Positions 50,246 to 63,667 of a stretch of 64,000 bases of DNA are shown one piece after another (positions within the stretch are counted from its first letter, which is position 1; the number at the start of each line of letters is the position of its first letter). The stretch is from positions 8,248,001-8,312,000 of the forward strand of contig NC_045697.1 of assembly GCF_009834535.1 (NCBI RefSeq), read 5' to 3'. Source of the DNA: Camelus ferus (taxonomy: Eukaryota). The notes beneath the pieces were generated by a model. It had not been told where the DNA came from, did not search any database, and saw only the letters and a program-made list of their open reading frames with translations. Both the position numbers and the translations under genes were made by a program.

Positions 50246-51499
50246 ATTGTTGACATCCATCATGGCGACTAATTGAAATCTGGGGGCTGCTTCTCATTTG
50301 CCTTTATAACTCTAGGTCCCGACACATCTAACAGTCTAAACACATAGTGCGTTTGTTGATGTGCATTCTTGTTGATCACAGAGAAACCGGTAAAGTCTTC
50401 AATGCTCATGTAAAACTTATTCAGAAAACCCTTTGGAGTTAATTGTATGCTCTTAGTAAAACATGGCTTCCTTGGTAGTGAGAGGGGAAAAGTCTATATT
50501 TTAAAAGGTTTCATGGACTGCCAAGAACTGTTATAAAACAATATTTTGATGAGTTATACAGTAAATGAATCAGAAACATATGAGCTTAATTTCCCTGAAA
50601 ATACATGTGGGTTTAAAAATGAAAGGAAAAGGATCTTGGCACCCTTTGCTATGCCAAACCCAAAATGTTAGAAAAATATTTTAAGGTATTAAGATGCACA
50701 AATCCTAAATGCAGCTCAATTTGCTCATCCTCCAATGGCCTGCTCCTAGCGTACCTGTTGAGTCTGATCTGCCATAGTCATAATGAGGAAAACCTAAAAT
50801 TAAAAAAATAAATAAAGCATATTGGCAAAGGACAGAGAGCCGGAAGTTCCCAGTCTAAGCCTGACTCTGCCACTGGCTAGCTGTGAGACTCTAGATTAAT
50901 CACTTAGCCTTCCCAGAACTTGGCTCAGGAAAGCAGTCCATGATCTGTAGACCTCACAGAGTTGTTGGGGGCTGTTAGAATGGAGCTCAGGAAACAGTGT
51001 TAAACCCAGAATGATAGGGATCAGACCAAAAAGGGAGATGGTGCCCTTGGAATGGGACAAGTGTCCAGATGAGCCCAGATTCACGTGTCCAAGTGAAACA
51101 GACATGCACAAGATGAGCACATGGCCAGCTACAGAGAAATCTTTAGCAAAGTGTAAGCAAGGATCCCATGGTGCATTATCTGAACTACCCTTGCTTGCCA
51201 GTATCCTTAGTTCCCTTAAATCTCCTGCCATCTACCACACCTGCAGACTAAAACCCCACCATCCAGGTGGGTGGACACCCGAGATGGATGGTTTCCAACC
51301 TCAGCTGGACCCTCAGGGATCCTTTTCAACTCTTCTGTTTCCCTGCTCTTTTCCATTATGGTAACTCCAAACTCGTCAATGAATTCATACCCTTCTACTA
51401 AAACCATCACACTCTTATTTACAGTCAATCAGGGACCAACAGGCATTGGCTAACAGACATTACTCTCATCCCTAGGCCTATTTTTTTTCTGTACTCACC

Positions 51500-52010
51500 T
51501 GTACTAGTTAACTATTGCTGTGCAACAAATTACCCCAAAACTTAACTTAAAACAACTTGTACTACATCACCGACTTTCAGAGGGTCAGGGATTCACGAGC
51601 GTCGTAGCTGGTGGTACTAGCTCAGTATCTACACAGTGTTGCAGCCTCGCTGTCATCCGGGACTAAAGTCAGGTGCGGCCTGTGGGGGGTGGGGAGGATC
51701 CACTTCCAAGCTCTCTCGTGTGGCAGTTGGCAAGTCTCAGTTCTTTAGCTAGAAGCCTCCGTTTTTCACTGCACAACTCTCCAAAGGTTTCCCAAGTGTT
51801 CTCAAGACATGGCAGCTGGTTTCCTCAAAACAAGTGACCAGACAGCGAGCAAGCCCATCTAAGACAGAAGCCCTTCTACAAATGAGTCATGGAAGTAGCA
51901 GACTGTCACTTCTTCCGTATGCCACACAGCTCAGCCTTGGTGCAACGCGGACAGAGACAACACTAGGGTGACATATCAGGAGGTGGGGCTCATTGGATGT
52001 GGCTTCCACA
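51500..52010 (-). mobile_element. MLT1F-like LTR
   Basis: TGTACTAGTTAACTATTGCTGTGCAACAAATTACCCCAAAACTTA...GATCCACTTCCAAGCTC...GACATGGCAGCTGG. Confidence 0.85.
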
Positions 52011-52719
52011 CCATCTGCACTCTCATTTGGATGTGCGCTCCGGGCTCCCTGCTCACTGAGATCTTGGCTCCATCACTTCATGCCTCCCCTGGGCTCTTGT
52101 TCTCTCAGTCATCCCCTACCCTTTTGACAGTATCCTCTCTCAAGTTTATTCTCCACCCTCAGCCTTCGAACACACTTGTACCTGATCAGCCGCAGGAGGA
52201 TCTCGGGAGGCTACCGCACCCAGGTATTGTGGCGATTTCTATCCTGTCAATTGAACTGAGCAGCAACTCTGTTTCCATGAATCTCCTTACCTGTAAGGGT
52301 TTGGGTATTCTGAGCTAGATCAGAAGCAGCAGCCGTATTATTCTTATGCTCGAGTGGACTGGGCAAGGCACCAGGTGTGCGGGAGTCACCTATATTGTCA
52401 CTGATGTCTCATTGTTCCTGTGTTTAGTGCTGGGACTGAATTTAGCAGTCCTAGCTTTCCAAACACAGAAGCAATGGCATGCATCAAGTACTTTGACCAA
52501 CTTACAGAATTCCATAGGGTTAAATCCCTCTGCTAAAGCTCAGTATTCTGTATCATTCCTAGTGGTTCTGTTTCTCTAATCAAATAATGGCTGATTAAAA
52601 AAAAAATGAATCCTGCAATTGGTAGATGAAGAACCAGGGAATTGTCTGATGACTTCCTGACATTGAAGCAGACCGAGGTCTCCTAGTAGAAGTAGAAAAC
52701 TATCTTCTAATAACTGGAC

Positions 52720-52965
52720 AGCATGGAGAAGAGTGAAGACCATGGGTTCTGAAGTCAGAAAGTCACTGATCTATGTCCCAAATCTGCAACTCACTGGGAG
52801 TTTGACCTTGAGCGATGCAACCTCTTGAAGGGCTGGCTTTCTTCTGTATGACAAAACTAACCGTAACAAACCTCTCATGGCTTTTGTGAGGTTTACAAGC
52901 AATATATGTAAAAATCTAAGCACGTATTTAGCAAAGAGTAGATGTTCCAATAAATAATGGCTGTT
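52720..52965 (+). mobile_element. MIR SINE
   Basis: GGGTTCTGAAGTCAGA...TGACCTTGAGC...TTTGTGAGGTTTA...CAATAAATAATGGCTGTTA. Confidence 0.75.
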
Positions 52966-53329
52966 ACAGCTTCCATTAAGTTTTCATTGTACCAACAAAA
53001 AATAAATAAAAATATATTTTTAATATTGTAATAGAAGGAGTCACACTTCAAATGCAGGAAACTGACAATGGATTGTATTAGATGATAAAAGCAGAAAGTA
53101 GCCTAATATTTGGCAGTGTAAGGCAAAAATTTTCCTCCCCTCAACCTCTGCCACCCACCCCCACCAGTCGCCATTTCCAGTGTGGGAGTTTAACAAGTAA
53201 ATTGCAGTCTCTTCCACTGACACTTAATTGCCTTAAAATTCTAAAGTATCTTTTAAATCAATTGATAAGCAGACAAGTGTCTTAGCATAGAAATGAACAA
53301 AGAACATGAATGTGCAAGTTTCAAAAGAG

Positions 53330-54455
53330 TAAATATTCATGCTAGAATCACATTTTAAAATATATTCATCTGGGAAGGAAAAATACAAGATGAGCCTGGA
53401 GCACCGTGCAGTGCTATAAAGTAAGGAAATGATCAAAAAAGTAAAAAGAAAAAAAGAAGAGAAGGAAGGAAGGAAAGAAGGGAGGCAGGGAGGGAGGGAA
53501 GGAGGAAGAGAGAGAGAAAGAAAGAGGAGAGGGAGGGAGGGAGGGTAGAAAGAGGAAGGAAGGAAGGAAGGAAACTAACATCAAACAAGCTACAACGATG
53601 AGGTATGTCAAAGTGACACATGAGACAACCAAAGGAGCTCCTAATGGCCAAAACTGGAACAATCTGAGAAACAAAATAAAGTAGTATCAGATTATAACCC
53701 ATGAGGTCATACTGATATAAATGGATGAGTGGATAATGAATGAGTTAATTAATTAATTAACAAATAAAAAACAGACAAATCTTCCATGCAGAAGAATTCC
53801 AAATAATTTATGTAGATAACGGTCCTCGAGGAGGTGAAGGATAACTTCTTACTCCTTAAGCGTAGGCTACGCATGGTGACTTCCTTTGAATGAGTACACT
53901 ATGCGAGGGGAGACTGTAGGAGGAATCCTACTAATCACTGCTTCAGTCAGGTAATCCAGGGCCACGTCAGCATTTATAAGCCGTGCTGATAGCAGGTACT
54001 GTGGATGTAAGTGACGAAAATGGCACTCTACCTCTGTTATCTCCCACATTACCCTCGTATGGTCATGGAAGAAACACCACTCAAACCCCAGCAAAGAGAG
54101 ATTCTACAAACACCTGAACAGGACTCCTCGAAACTGCCAAGGTCATCAGGAACAGAGAAAACACAGGCGACTCACAGCCAAGGAAAGGCTATGGAGACAC
54201 CACTGCTAAGTGTGATGTGTCATCCCAGATAGGATCCTGGAATGAGAAAGGGCATTAGCTAGAAACTACGAAAACCTGGATGAAGCATGGACTTCAGTAA
54301 TATGAATGTACTCATAGCATTCACTAATTTTAACAAATGAGCCATACTAATGCCATATTTTAACTTTAGGGAAAAGGGGTGTTTGAGAACTCTCTATTAT
54401 CTTTGCAATTTTTCTGTAAATTTAAAACTTTCTAAAATTTTAAAAGTATGTTTTA
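53330..54455 (+). mobile_element. L1MC/MD-type 3' UTR
   Basis: CTGGGAAGGAAAAATACAAGATGAGCCTGGAGCA, GAACTCTCTATTATCTTTGCAATTTTTCTGTAAATTTAAAAC. Confidence 0.85.
53443..53574. repeat. Polypurine (GGAA/GGGA/GA)n tract
   Basis: About 130 bp of near-pure purine on the + strand. Confidence 0.95.
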
Positions 54456-54459
54456 TTTT

Positions 54460-55030
54460 TTTTAATGTTCATTCTCATTATGAGGAATGAATAATTTTTA
54501 AAGGTATCATTTTTCACATGTTTTACTGGGAAAGGTTTTGGAAAGTAGAGAAATTCAGTATTGATTAGAAAATGGTTACTAACATAATATAAATTCATGA
54601 AACTTTTCTAGAGAACACTTTGTATTATGCACCAAAGGAGGAATGAACTTTGATTCAGCAATCTGACTTCTAGAATCAATTTCGATGATGCTTATCATGT
54701 AAGTGAGACAACGTACAAGGATGTTTCTTGTAGTTAAATGCTTATCAACATAAGACTAATTAAACAAACAGTGCGGCACTCATACCCCAGGTGTTACGTA
54801 GCTACTAAAGCGATGCACTTGGAAACGTGATATCCTTCTCACAGTTTTATATAAAAATTTTAGTATCGTCCTACTTGTGCAAATGTAATATGAGCCTGTG
54901 TGTGTAAACGCACACACACACACACTATGTACATGTACAGATGTTAAAGAAAATATTAGCAGTAGTTAATGGAGAATGGTGGGATATAGGGTTATCATTA
55001 CTGTCTTTATAATTTATTTTTTAACTGATT
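54460..55030 (+). mobile_element. Decayed L1ME fragment
   Basis: CTTTGATTCAGCAATCTGACTTCTAGAAT, GTACAAGGATGTTT. Confidence 0.55.
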
Positions 55031-55374
55031 TTTATAAAGTAAAATAAGTCTATGTGATACGTTAACACCACATAATTGGGGGCTTTTGTTTTAATGTTTG
55101 GACTCCTAAGGAGTACCTTACATTGGTGAATGAGTCAGTATCCATCAGCCTATTAAGCAGAGGTTCCCAACACCGAGCTCCACTTTCTGAGGATAGCTCT
55201 TTGGATCTTAAACAGCTGGTGGGAAAGGGAAGAAAAAAAAAAAAGGCATGGGAACTGAAGGGAACTGAAGTGTTAGATGGGTAAACAACGTGAGGAGGTC
55301 ACACTACTGAGGAAAAGCCGCATCAGGGTTCACAGGCCGAGCTATTTCATTCCAGAGCCAGCTTTCAAACCGCC

Positions 55375-55610
55375 CTATCTGGAAGCAGACGGGAACCGCT
55401 CAGGTCTCGGCTCTGCCGCACCCTCACGGCGCGGAGGCGGAGCAAGGAGAGCAACCTCTCAGAACCGCGCTTTTACCGCCTATGAAGTTGGCGCGGTGGC
55501 GTCGCCCAGTCCGCAAAATCACGTGCGCGAGAGGCAGCGCTGCCCGCGAGCGTGGCCCAGAATGGGTGCTTAGGCAGTATTTCCTGGGTGAATCGGTGAA
55601 CGATTGCAGA
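55375..55610 (+). mobile_element. CpG-rich MIR-derived segment
   Basis: TCTCGGCTCTGCCGC...GAGCAAG...AACCTCTCAGAACCGCGCTTTTACCGCCTATGAAGTTGG is colinear with the MIR core. Confidence 0.55.
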
Positions 55611-56259
55611 GACAATAAATGTTAGCTACAACGGAGTATGAGAACCAGTCCTGCCGACGTGCCGGCGGAGCAAGAGTTTCCAGCCGTGAAACATCCCTTA
55701 CGGGGATTATTCATCAGAAGATACACAGAGCTGTATACGTCTTACTCGCCACTAAGTGGGCCTTTTCTCTGTCAGTTTGATCTCTGTCGACAATGTTCAT
55801 TCTTTCTCAAATGCAAATTGTAAACTCTTTAAAAAGTTGTTGATTTTTTTTTTCCTTGGGGAAAAAATACTCCTTTCTCTACTTGCCAAAATAGCTAATG
55901 TATTATATGAGTAGTTAAAACTAACTTTTAAAATTATGTTAAAAGTATTATAATGATTTAATCACTGAAATGTAATACATTAACAATAAGGGTGTTTTAA
56001 CATTAAAAATCTATCAGTATAGTATGTGGAAGGATACCTAAACCTAATCTAAAATACCTGGAAAATATAGGAAATATTGAAAGCAAAACTACAACCCAAA
56101 CCCTGATGCTTCTCATCAACTGATTGAAATTGATACATATTAAGAAAATAGCTAAGAATCAGAATTATTTTCCCATTTTTATGTCAATATCTGTCAATTA
56201 TGAGTGCAGCATAAATAAATGTATAAAAGTTGATCATCACTAATTTTAAAAAAGGCATT

Positions 56260-56400
56260 TATCTTGTAGTACCTCATGGTGAAAAAGAATAAGAAAATGA
56301 ACATATGTATATTCATGTATGACTGAAGCATTGTGCTGTACACCAGAAATTGACACATTGTAAACTGACTACAACTCAATAAAAAATAAATTTTAAAAAC
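56260..56400 (+). mobile_element. Short L1 3' end (cetartiodactyl type)
   Basis: CATGTATGACTGAAGCATTGTGCTGTACACCAGAAATTGACACATTGTAAACTGAC; homologous to 30000-30100. Confidence 0.9.
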
Positions 56401-58016
56401 ATGAGAAAATTTAATTTTTAATTCAATAATTGCCTCTGAAGATTTATTTCTTAAAAATAAATAAAAGCCTCTTTTAAAAAGGAACACAAAGCTGAAAAAC
56501 AGGAGAAATGAATTAAAGTTCCTTAGTATTTAAACTTTCCTCAGTGAAAAATTTCTGCAGGCCTGATAGGGATGAGCTGGAACTCCGTGGTGAGAACCAG
56601 GACTGTGGGTTTATCTGCACAACGATGGTTAAAATCCAGGACCTTTATGGCCTGTTCAGTGGTAGGTTTACATTGAAACTGTTATAAATTATTACAGAGG
56701 TGAAGCCAAGCCAAACAGTCCAACATAAATATATCTGCAGACACACTGGCTACTATATATTCTAAACACTGTCGGTAAATGAATAAACAGAACTTTCTAA
56801 ATCATTTAAGAAAATCTATTTATTCATAAAATCAATAATTTTTAGTTTTTAGTGTGAAACCCTCCATTAAAAAAAAAAAACACCTATTATATCTAATTTT
56901 TGGAATCTGTAAATCCCAGGCAGCTCCTTTCCTGTCATAATGGCCAGAACTTCACACTTCTCTGAGCGGTGTGTGAATGTTTTTCAGTCTGGATACTTGA
57001 CTAATCTCTACCTGTTGAAATTGTTCCACTGCATTACACAAATTAAATATTTGAGCCCCACAATTTCTACAGACTGGCTCTGCCTCTGTATAAAGGGACA
57101 AAAAAATATAATATGACAGTCTGATTTTCCTAGGGCTTTGGGGGAAAGCAGCAAGACTGCCGGCCTGCCCTTGTGGGTGAATCACAGCCAACCAGGGCAG
57201 ACCAAATTCTGTGGTTGCGTTTTATTTGCCTAGTCATATAACTCAGGGCTTTAAGTCTGCACATTGCTGACCAAAACATTAATTGTGGCAAAATAGTTTG
57301 TGTCTGTCCCGAAGAGTAAAACCAGAGTAACCCACACGGAGTGACCATGAATTAGTCAAACAAGGGTAAAAAGCCCCAAACCTCCCAGGCTAAAGTCATT
57401 GGGAGGTCTGGTGCTGAAGATGGTTTCAATAGAAATGAGGTTGCTTGGGGAGTGGGGGCTGCCTGTTGAAGCAGTAGGAATGGAGAGCCAAAGCTTTTCT
57501 GGTTAATATTTCTTTCTCTTTGTGCTCCAGTATTAATCAATGTAATTGTCTTGCTCTGTCATCTGAATTTTCTTATCTATTAAACAGAGCCAACTTGTGA
57601 TAATCTGCAGCCCAGTTTTCCTAAAAGGAATTTGCCTTCACTTTTCTCTTTTGTGATAGGGAGTATCTGTGACATTTTCACATTATCAGTGAATGTGGGA
57701 CACGGGAGAAAAGCAAACCCAAACTGGATCTCACAAGACAGGGGAGATTGCTACGGAGAATTAGAAGGGAGATCTTTTAAGACAAGCACATCTGAGTTCA
57801 GGATGAAGGTTTCAGTGTAAGGATGAAGGTTAATGTCAGGTTTTTTCCCTTGCTATTCATCATTCAGAATGTCCACTTTGAAGCGAGGCTGAAGACAAAA
57901 CATGCCTTAGTCTCACTGCCTTAATCCCATATTATCCAGGCAGGCAACAGGGCATCAACGCACGAGTGTCAGTTAGTGCGAGCAGGTGAAGGTTTTGTCT
58001 TTTTTAAACAGCTCCA

Positions 58017-58175
58017 TTTGCAAAACTATATTCAGCATCTTGTAAAAACCTATCATAAAAAATGAATATATGTATTTATATGCATGACTGAGATATTATA
58101 CTGGGACATTATGCAGAAATTGACACATTGTAACTGACTAGACCTCAATTTTTCAAAAATTAAAAAAAAAAAAAC
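58017..58175 (+). mobile_element. Short L1 3' end with TSD
   Basis: CAGAAATTGACACATTGTAACTGAC plus A-tail; TSD AAACAGCTCCA (58006-58016) / AAACAGCCCCA (58176-58186); TTTTT/AAA endonuclease-type site. Confidence 0.9.
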
Positions 58176-58468
58176 AAACAGCCCCAGCACCCTAAAGGAT
58201 GAAAATATTTACCGGAGTCCTAGCAGTGGTACCGTCTGACTGTGCTAGATGATGAAGTGCTCCTGATTAATGGAATAAACTTTCAGATCCCTAAATGCCA
58301 TCCACTGTAATGGGCCAAAGAGGGTTTTGGGGATTTTGCCTTTTTTTGTTTTTGTGTTTTGTTTTTGCTTCAGCAGAAAGGTTTTAAACTATCGGAGAAC
58401 AGTTTTTTCCTGGGTTTGCAATAGAAATGAATGTTTATCTCCCAAATGACTCTTTAGAACAACTAGTT

Positions 58469-58832
58469 TCATGAGTTTCCTGGGACTGCTGTAACAAAGC
58501 ACCACAAACTGGGTGGCTTAAAACAACAAAATCCATTCCGTGTCCCTCTTCTAGCTTCTGGTGATGACCAGCAATCCCTGGCTCTGGGTGGCTTGCACTA
58601 CAGCCTCTGCCTCCATCGTCACAGGGCCACCTTCTCCCTGTGTACTCTCCCCTCCTCTTATAAGAATGCCAGTCGCACTGAATGCAGGGCTTACCCTACT
58701 CCAGAATGATCTCCTCTTAGCTAATTAGATCTGCAGTGACTATTTCCAACTAAGGCTACATTCTGTGGAACTAGGGGTCAGCGCTTCAATGTAGCTCTTT
58801 TTGAGGGGGGAGGATACAGTTCAGCCCACAGC
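58469..58832 (-). mobile_element. MLT1C-like LTR with internal deletion
   Basis: GCTGTAACAAAGCACCACAAACTGGGTGGCTTAAAACAACA, TCTAGCTTCTGGTG. Confidence 0.88.
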
Positions 58833-58901
58833 ACTCATCTGTTCATGTACCAGTGCTTCCTTCGGTCTATAAAAAAAATTTCAGGCTTCCATGCTCATAA
58901 C

Positions 58902-61171
58902 TAGTAATTCTAATAGTGTAGCCCCACTTTCCATAAGACCCTTTCAAGGCACCCATAAATAAAAACTATTTTCATAATAACATTAAGAGTTATTTGCCTA
59001 TTTTACTCTTATTTTTTCATGGCTGTACGGTGGACATTTCTAGATTCTCTGTGATGTGTGATGATGTCATCCACTGTTCTGATGGCTGATAGAGTGTGTG
59101 TTTGTGTATTATCATGCTTTTCTAGAATTTTCTACTATTGTAGTTTTAGAGAATAAACATGTGCATTTGCAGAGATTGACTCAGGCTGATTCTGAGTACT
59201 TCTACTGGGCTTTTGTCCGTTTGTTTTGGTTATACCTGCTACAGTCTCCACAGTTCATCTTTGACCAACAATCATTTGCTTGAAATGCCTAAATTCCCCT
59301 TGTACTTACATAAAAAACACAGCAAGAGATAAATACACTTTAGTGTACTTACTTGTACTTTAGGATGGAGCCTTGATTTATAAAGGGAAATTAGAAGCCT
59401 TGCTCTCGCAACCCACATCCGCACCATCCACATCTACATATGCTGGGAAGAAAACGTAACTGAGATTTCAGAGTTTTCTAACTCATACTAGAGAAGAGTC
59501 TACAATTATGAATCTGGGGAAGATGTCATATGAGGAACATATGCAGAAAACTATAAATAAAAAATGAGACGATGACAAAAAGTATTTTACTTGATTATGT
59601 CTTATGTAACACAGTATTTATTCTTTATTTATTCAGAAATGCCATTCTGAAATTAAAACACCCAGAGTTTGAGAAAAAGAAACTGAATATTTTAAATGAA
59701 AGCACAATGTGCCCTTTAGGCCAACAATTGTGTTCTACAGCTTTTCACGCTAACATGAAAAAGGCACTGAAGCATCTTACAGGGGAGCTATGTACTGCAT
59801 TGGCCAAAGAGCGCTCAACAGCTAAGAGCTTAATAAACCCTTGTGGAGCTGACGATGCTGAAGGCCTGCTGAATGAAAGGCCAGGAAAAGAAATCACAGC
59901 ACTGCCACTCTCCAATAACTTGCAAAATCAAAGATGTAGCTGCAAATATGCAGACTTCATATCTCAACTGCAGAACTGAATTTATGCTGTCCTTCACCAT
60001 TGTACATTTGCAGGAAACTTTTTAAAGTGGAGGCGAAAAAAGCCAGTTTTACTTAAGAATGACCTTAATAAAGCACTAAAAGTTATTAATTTTAATAAAT
60101 CTCAACACTTGATTACAAACGAATTTTAATATTTTGTGTGGTGAAATGGAAAGTATCCATAAGTTACTTCTGCTACAGAATTAAGTCTGATAGTTATCTC
60201 TAGAAATGGTGCAGTTTTTTGAACTAAAGCTGAACTATCGTTTTTTTCTTCATGAAATATTATGTTCATTCAAACTTGGTTATTTGACAAACATTTTCCT
60301 GAAAGTCAATGAAGTGAGGCTGTCTAGTCAAGTAAAACACATAGCAGTGTTTGCCACCAATGATAAAATTCAAGCCTAAAAGTGAAAATTCGGATTTTGA
60401 AACTTTATGTTCTTCACCGTGAGATCGGCAGCTTCTCAAACCTTAAACTTTTCTCGTAAGATTGGTGGTGATAATAACAAATGCAAATCTTAGTACTAAT
60501 TTAGATCTGAATTATTCAGTGACACAGTATTTTTTCAAATGGCAAAATGTTTCAAAATTATACATGGGTATAATGTACATTCCAAGGTCAAGACAGACCT
60601 ATGGAGTTTAGTGTAACAGAAAGCCAAGTTTATCTAATAGAAAACCAAAGCTCATCAATGTGGGTTCAGATTGCACACTGCAGCTGATCTTGTAGAAGCT
60701 ACCACTTGGCAGCTGTCCTGTGTGCCCAAGAAGAATATTCACAATGATCTGAAAAGCTGATTACAATGATCTTTCTTTTTTCAACTATATACCTGTATGA
60801 GACTGAATTTTCTACATATATTTCAACCAAAATGATGTATTACAATGTATGAAAGAAGAAGCAGATAGGAGAGAAGCTGCCTTCTATTAAACCAAACATT
60901 AAAATGGTCCACAAAAAATGTAAAACAATGACAGTTTTCTCACTAACTATATTTTGTTTTCAAATATATATAGTGATTTTTTTCATACAAGTCTGTATGT
61001 TACCATTTCATAATTTACTATTGTTATTTTAAAACAAATTAATATTTAATTTTTAATTCATATATATAATAAATAAATGTAAATAAACATAAATAAATAT
61101 TATCTATTTGGGGTCCTCAATATTTTTAATTCTAAAAGAGATTCTGAGGTCAAAAAGTTTGCGAACTGTTG
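58902..61171 (+). mobile_element. Charlie1-like hAT DNA transposon, internally deleted
   Basis: 5' AGACCCTTTCA..AAAACTATTTTCATAATAA..GTTATTTGCCT; 3' TTTGGGGTCCTCAATA...GAGGTCAAAAAGTTTGCGAACTGTTG. Confidence 0.88.
59572..59979 (+). pseudogene. Decayed Charlie/Buster-type transposase remnant
   Basis: LKHPEFEKK...AKSLINPCGADDAEGLLNERPGKEITALPLSNN matches the Charlie (ZBED5/SCAND3-like) motif order; surrounding frames are broken. Confidence 0.75.
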
Positions 61172-61519
61172 ATCTGAGTAATCACTGGTAATCTTTCTTT
61201 ACTCCTGCCCTTGTTCTTGAAATCCAACTTGCTTTAATTCAGTTTCCTACTCTTTATTTCTAAAGCATCATTCTAAGCCCCTGCTAGTATAGTCCATGTG
61301 TGGGACGATCACTCTCTCACTCTCCAGAATGCTTGATTAGAAGGAAAGGGGACATGAAGACAGGAAGGAGAAGGGAGAAGAGGAGAGGGGAGGAGGGGGT
61401 AGAGATATGATTGGAGAGGTAAACGCTCTGTCCTCCCCATGAGTTCTCCCCCAAAATTCAGAAACAAAAGGGCTAAGACCTAGGGAGGTAAGAAGCTTCC
61501 AGGACCCAGACTCAGCACT

Positions 61520-61695
61520 GAAGCAGCATCTGTTCTCACCTACTCATGCTGAGCTCTATTTGCTGTTAAATATTTTCCATCATTCTGGCACATACGATTG
61601 TCGAGAGGATTAGGCGATACAGCATATCCAAAGGGCTAGCACGGCGCGTGGTGCAGAAATGTGCTCAGTGAGGGTTAGACATTGTAATGATTATG
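61520..61695 (+). mobile_element. MIR SINE
   Basis: TTGTCGAGAGGATTAGGCGATACAGCATATCCAAAGGGCTAGCACGGCGCGTGG. Confidence 0.6.
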
Positions 61696-62719
61696 ATTTC
61701 CTCACCCTGCTCTTCACAGTCACTGTGTTCCTTGACCTACCTCTTGAGTAATAATTATATTTTGTCTTATCTTTTCAAAATAGAGCATAATCGGTCTTGA
61801 CTTATGCCAGGACAGCTGAAAACAACCCCAGAATATTCCAAAACAATGTTTGCTTTAGGATGCAACACACCTTCCAAAGGAGCCTGAACCACATGTTCAG
61901 AGCATATGCATACCTTCTAAGCATTGGCTTTGGTTGCGCTTTGCCAGTTGCAAAAGGAAAAAGAGTGAACTTGCAAAAATACCCCTGAGAGACTTCTTGG
62001 TATTTGAGCCTGGCTCAAGTCAGAAAATATGAAAAGCCCTGTGTGAAACCCTGTCTCTGGTTAGAGACCTCTGGCCAGCAAAGACTGACCCCAGTACTCT
62101 TCATAAAGCAAACAAGCTTCTGAAAACCTGGCCACTCTCTCCCGAAGCAACTCAAATTCCAACACTGGGAATTTGCTTATTACTAATACAATTTCCTTCA
62201 TGAGAAGATGTGGACACAGAGAATATCCCAACTAGGGCATTTCAGATCCCCAATCCTTCCTATTTTACTTAAGCTGTAGGTGTATTTACACAAAAGTTTG
62301 GGCAGCATTAAACCGCAGCTCGTCAGAGAGGTCCTGGAAGCTCAGGACTAACTCATCCTTCCCCACTTGAAAGGCGTCTTTTGGCCCAAGAATTAGCCAA
62401 AGGAGTTTCCGGTTCATTTGGAATCCAGGTCTCTAGTACAACATGGCTTTTTGCTTTTTTGGTTTTTTTCCCCTACCTGTTCAACCAACATGCAAGCTAA
62501 GACATTAAGTACTTTTCCATGGCTCTTCACAAGTGCAAAATGCTGCTTCTGCTCACATATAAATGAGGCCTTTTACAGTTTATAAAGTATTCTCTCACCT
62601 GTTTCCTCATTCACCTTCACAGAACCCCTGATGGAGGTGTCAGCTGTTGTTGGGTAAAATAAAGACAACTGTATTTAGAGTCAAAAGTACTGAGTACTAG
62701 TAACTAGCTGTGTGATCTT

Positions 62720-63193
62720 ATGACAGTTAAGACTTATGTCAACTCTGAGAGACAAAAAAATCTAAAATAATAGAGACTCAGACAGACAGACGTCGTTTAT
62801 CTCTCATGCAATCTAGAAGCAGGCAGTCCAAGGCTGGTATGGTTATGCCTTATACTTTATAGCTCCACCACTCTCAAACGTGCGGCTTCCACCTCACGCC
62901 TTAAGACAGCTGCTTGGACTGCGTCCATCCTGTCCATGTTCCAATCATTAGAAAGGAAGAGAGGAAGAAGAGGGAGCAGGGGGTTTGGAACAGCTGGCCT
63001 ACATGTTGCCATATCAGCGTTCCACTTATACCCCATTGGTTAGAACTCGGTCATGTGGCCACAACTAACTGCAAGGGAGGCTGGGAAAGGTAGTCTTATT
63101 TCAGGTCACACGACTAGCTAAAAGTCACAAGTTAGATTGACAAAGAATAATAGAAAAGTGGACTTTAAAGGATAACCAACAGGCTCGGCTACA
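62720..63193 (-). mobile_element. MLT1J-like LTR inserted in a MIR
   Basis: GGCAGTCCAAGGCTGGTATGG, CCCATTGGTTAGAACTCGGTCATGTGGCCACAACTAACTGCAAGGGAGGCTGGGAAA. Confidence 0.85.
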
Positions 63194-63667
63194 AACTCAA
63201 GCAAGACACATGGAATCCCTGAGTCTGCATCTTAATCTGAGAAATATATAAACCCTACTTCTCAGACTGGTCCTTGAGCAGGGCTGAAGCATCTGACTGG
63301 TCAATGACCACCAGCTTTGGGAGAGATAATGCTTGGGTCAGGGACTTTATTTTTGTGACATCTGAGCTTCTAAGGCAAAGTATGGATTAAACAAGAACCC
63401 AGGCAGGAGAGTGGAAGTCTCAATGCCAAGCACCAAGTCAGGAAAAGGAACATTTTTGAATGGATGTAGATGGAAATAACAGTGAGCACCAAAGAGGTGA
63501 AATTAAACCAAAGATAATGTGATGAAGTGGGAAGGAGAAGAGTGGACTTACGTGACTGCCCAGAACTACAGCTAAATTTAGTAACACTGAATACTTGTCT
63601 GCATTGGATATTGTTTATAGGGGTATGTTTCTGGCAGGATCAACCCAGTATAAAGGTCTAGGGTCAG

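Noticed and set aside
59572..59979. Domesticated Charlie transposase gene (ZBED5-like)
   Set aside because: Only a short, diverged remnant; the element is internally deleted and the other frames have stops.
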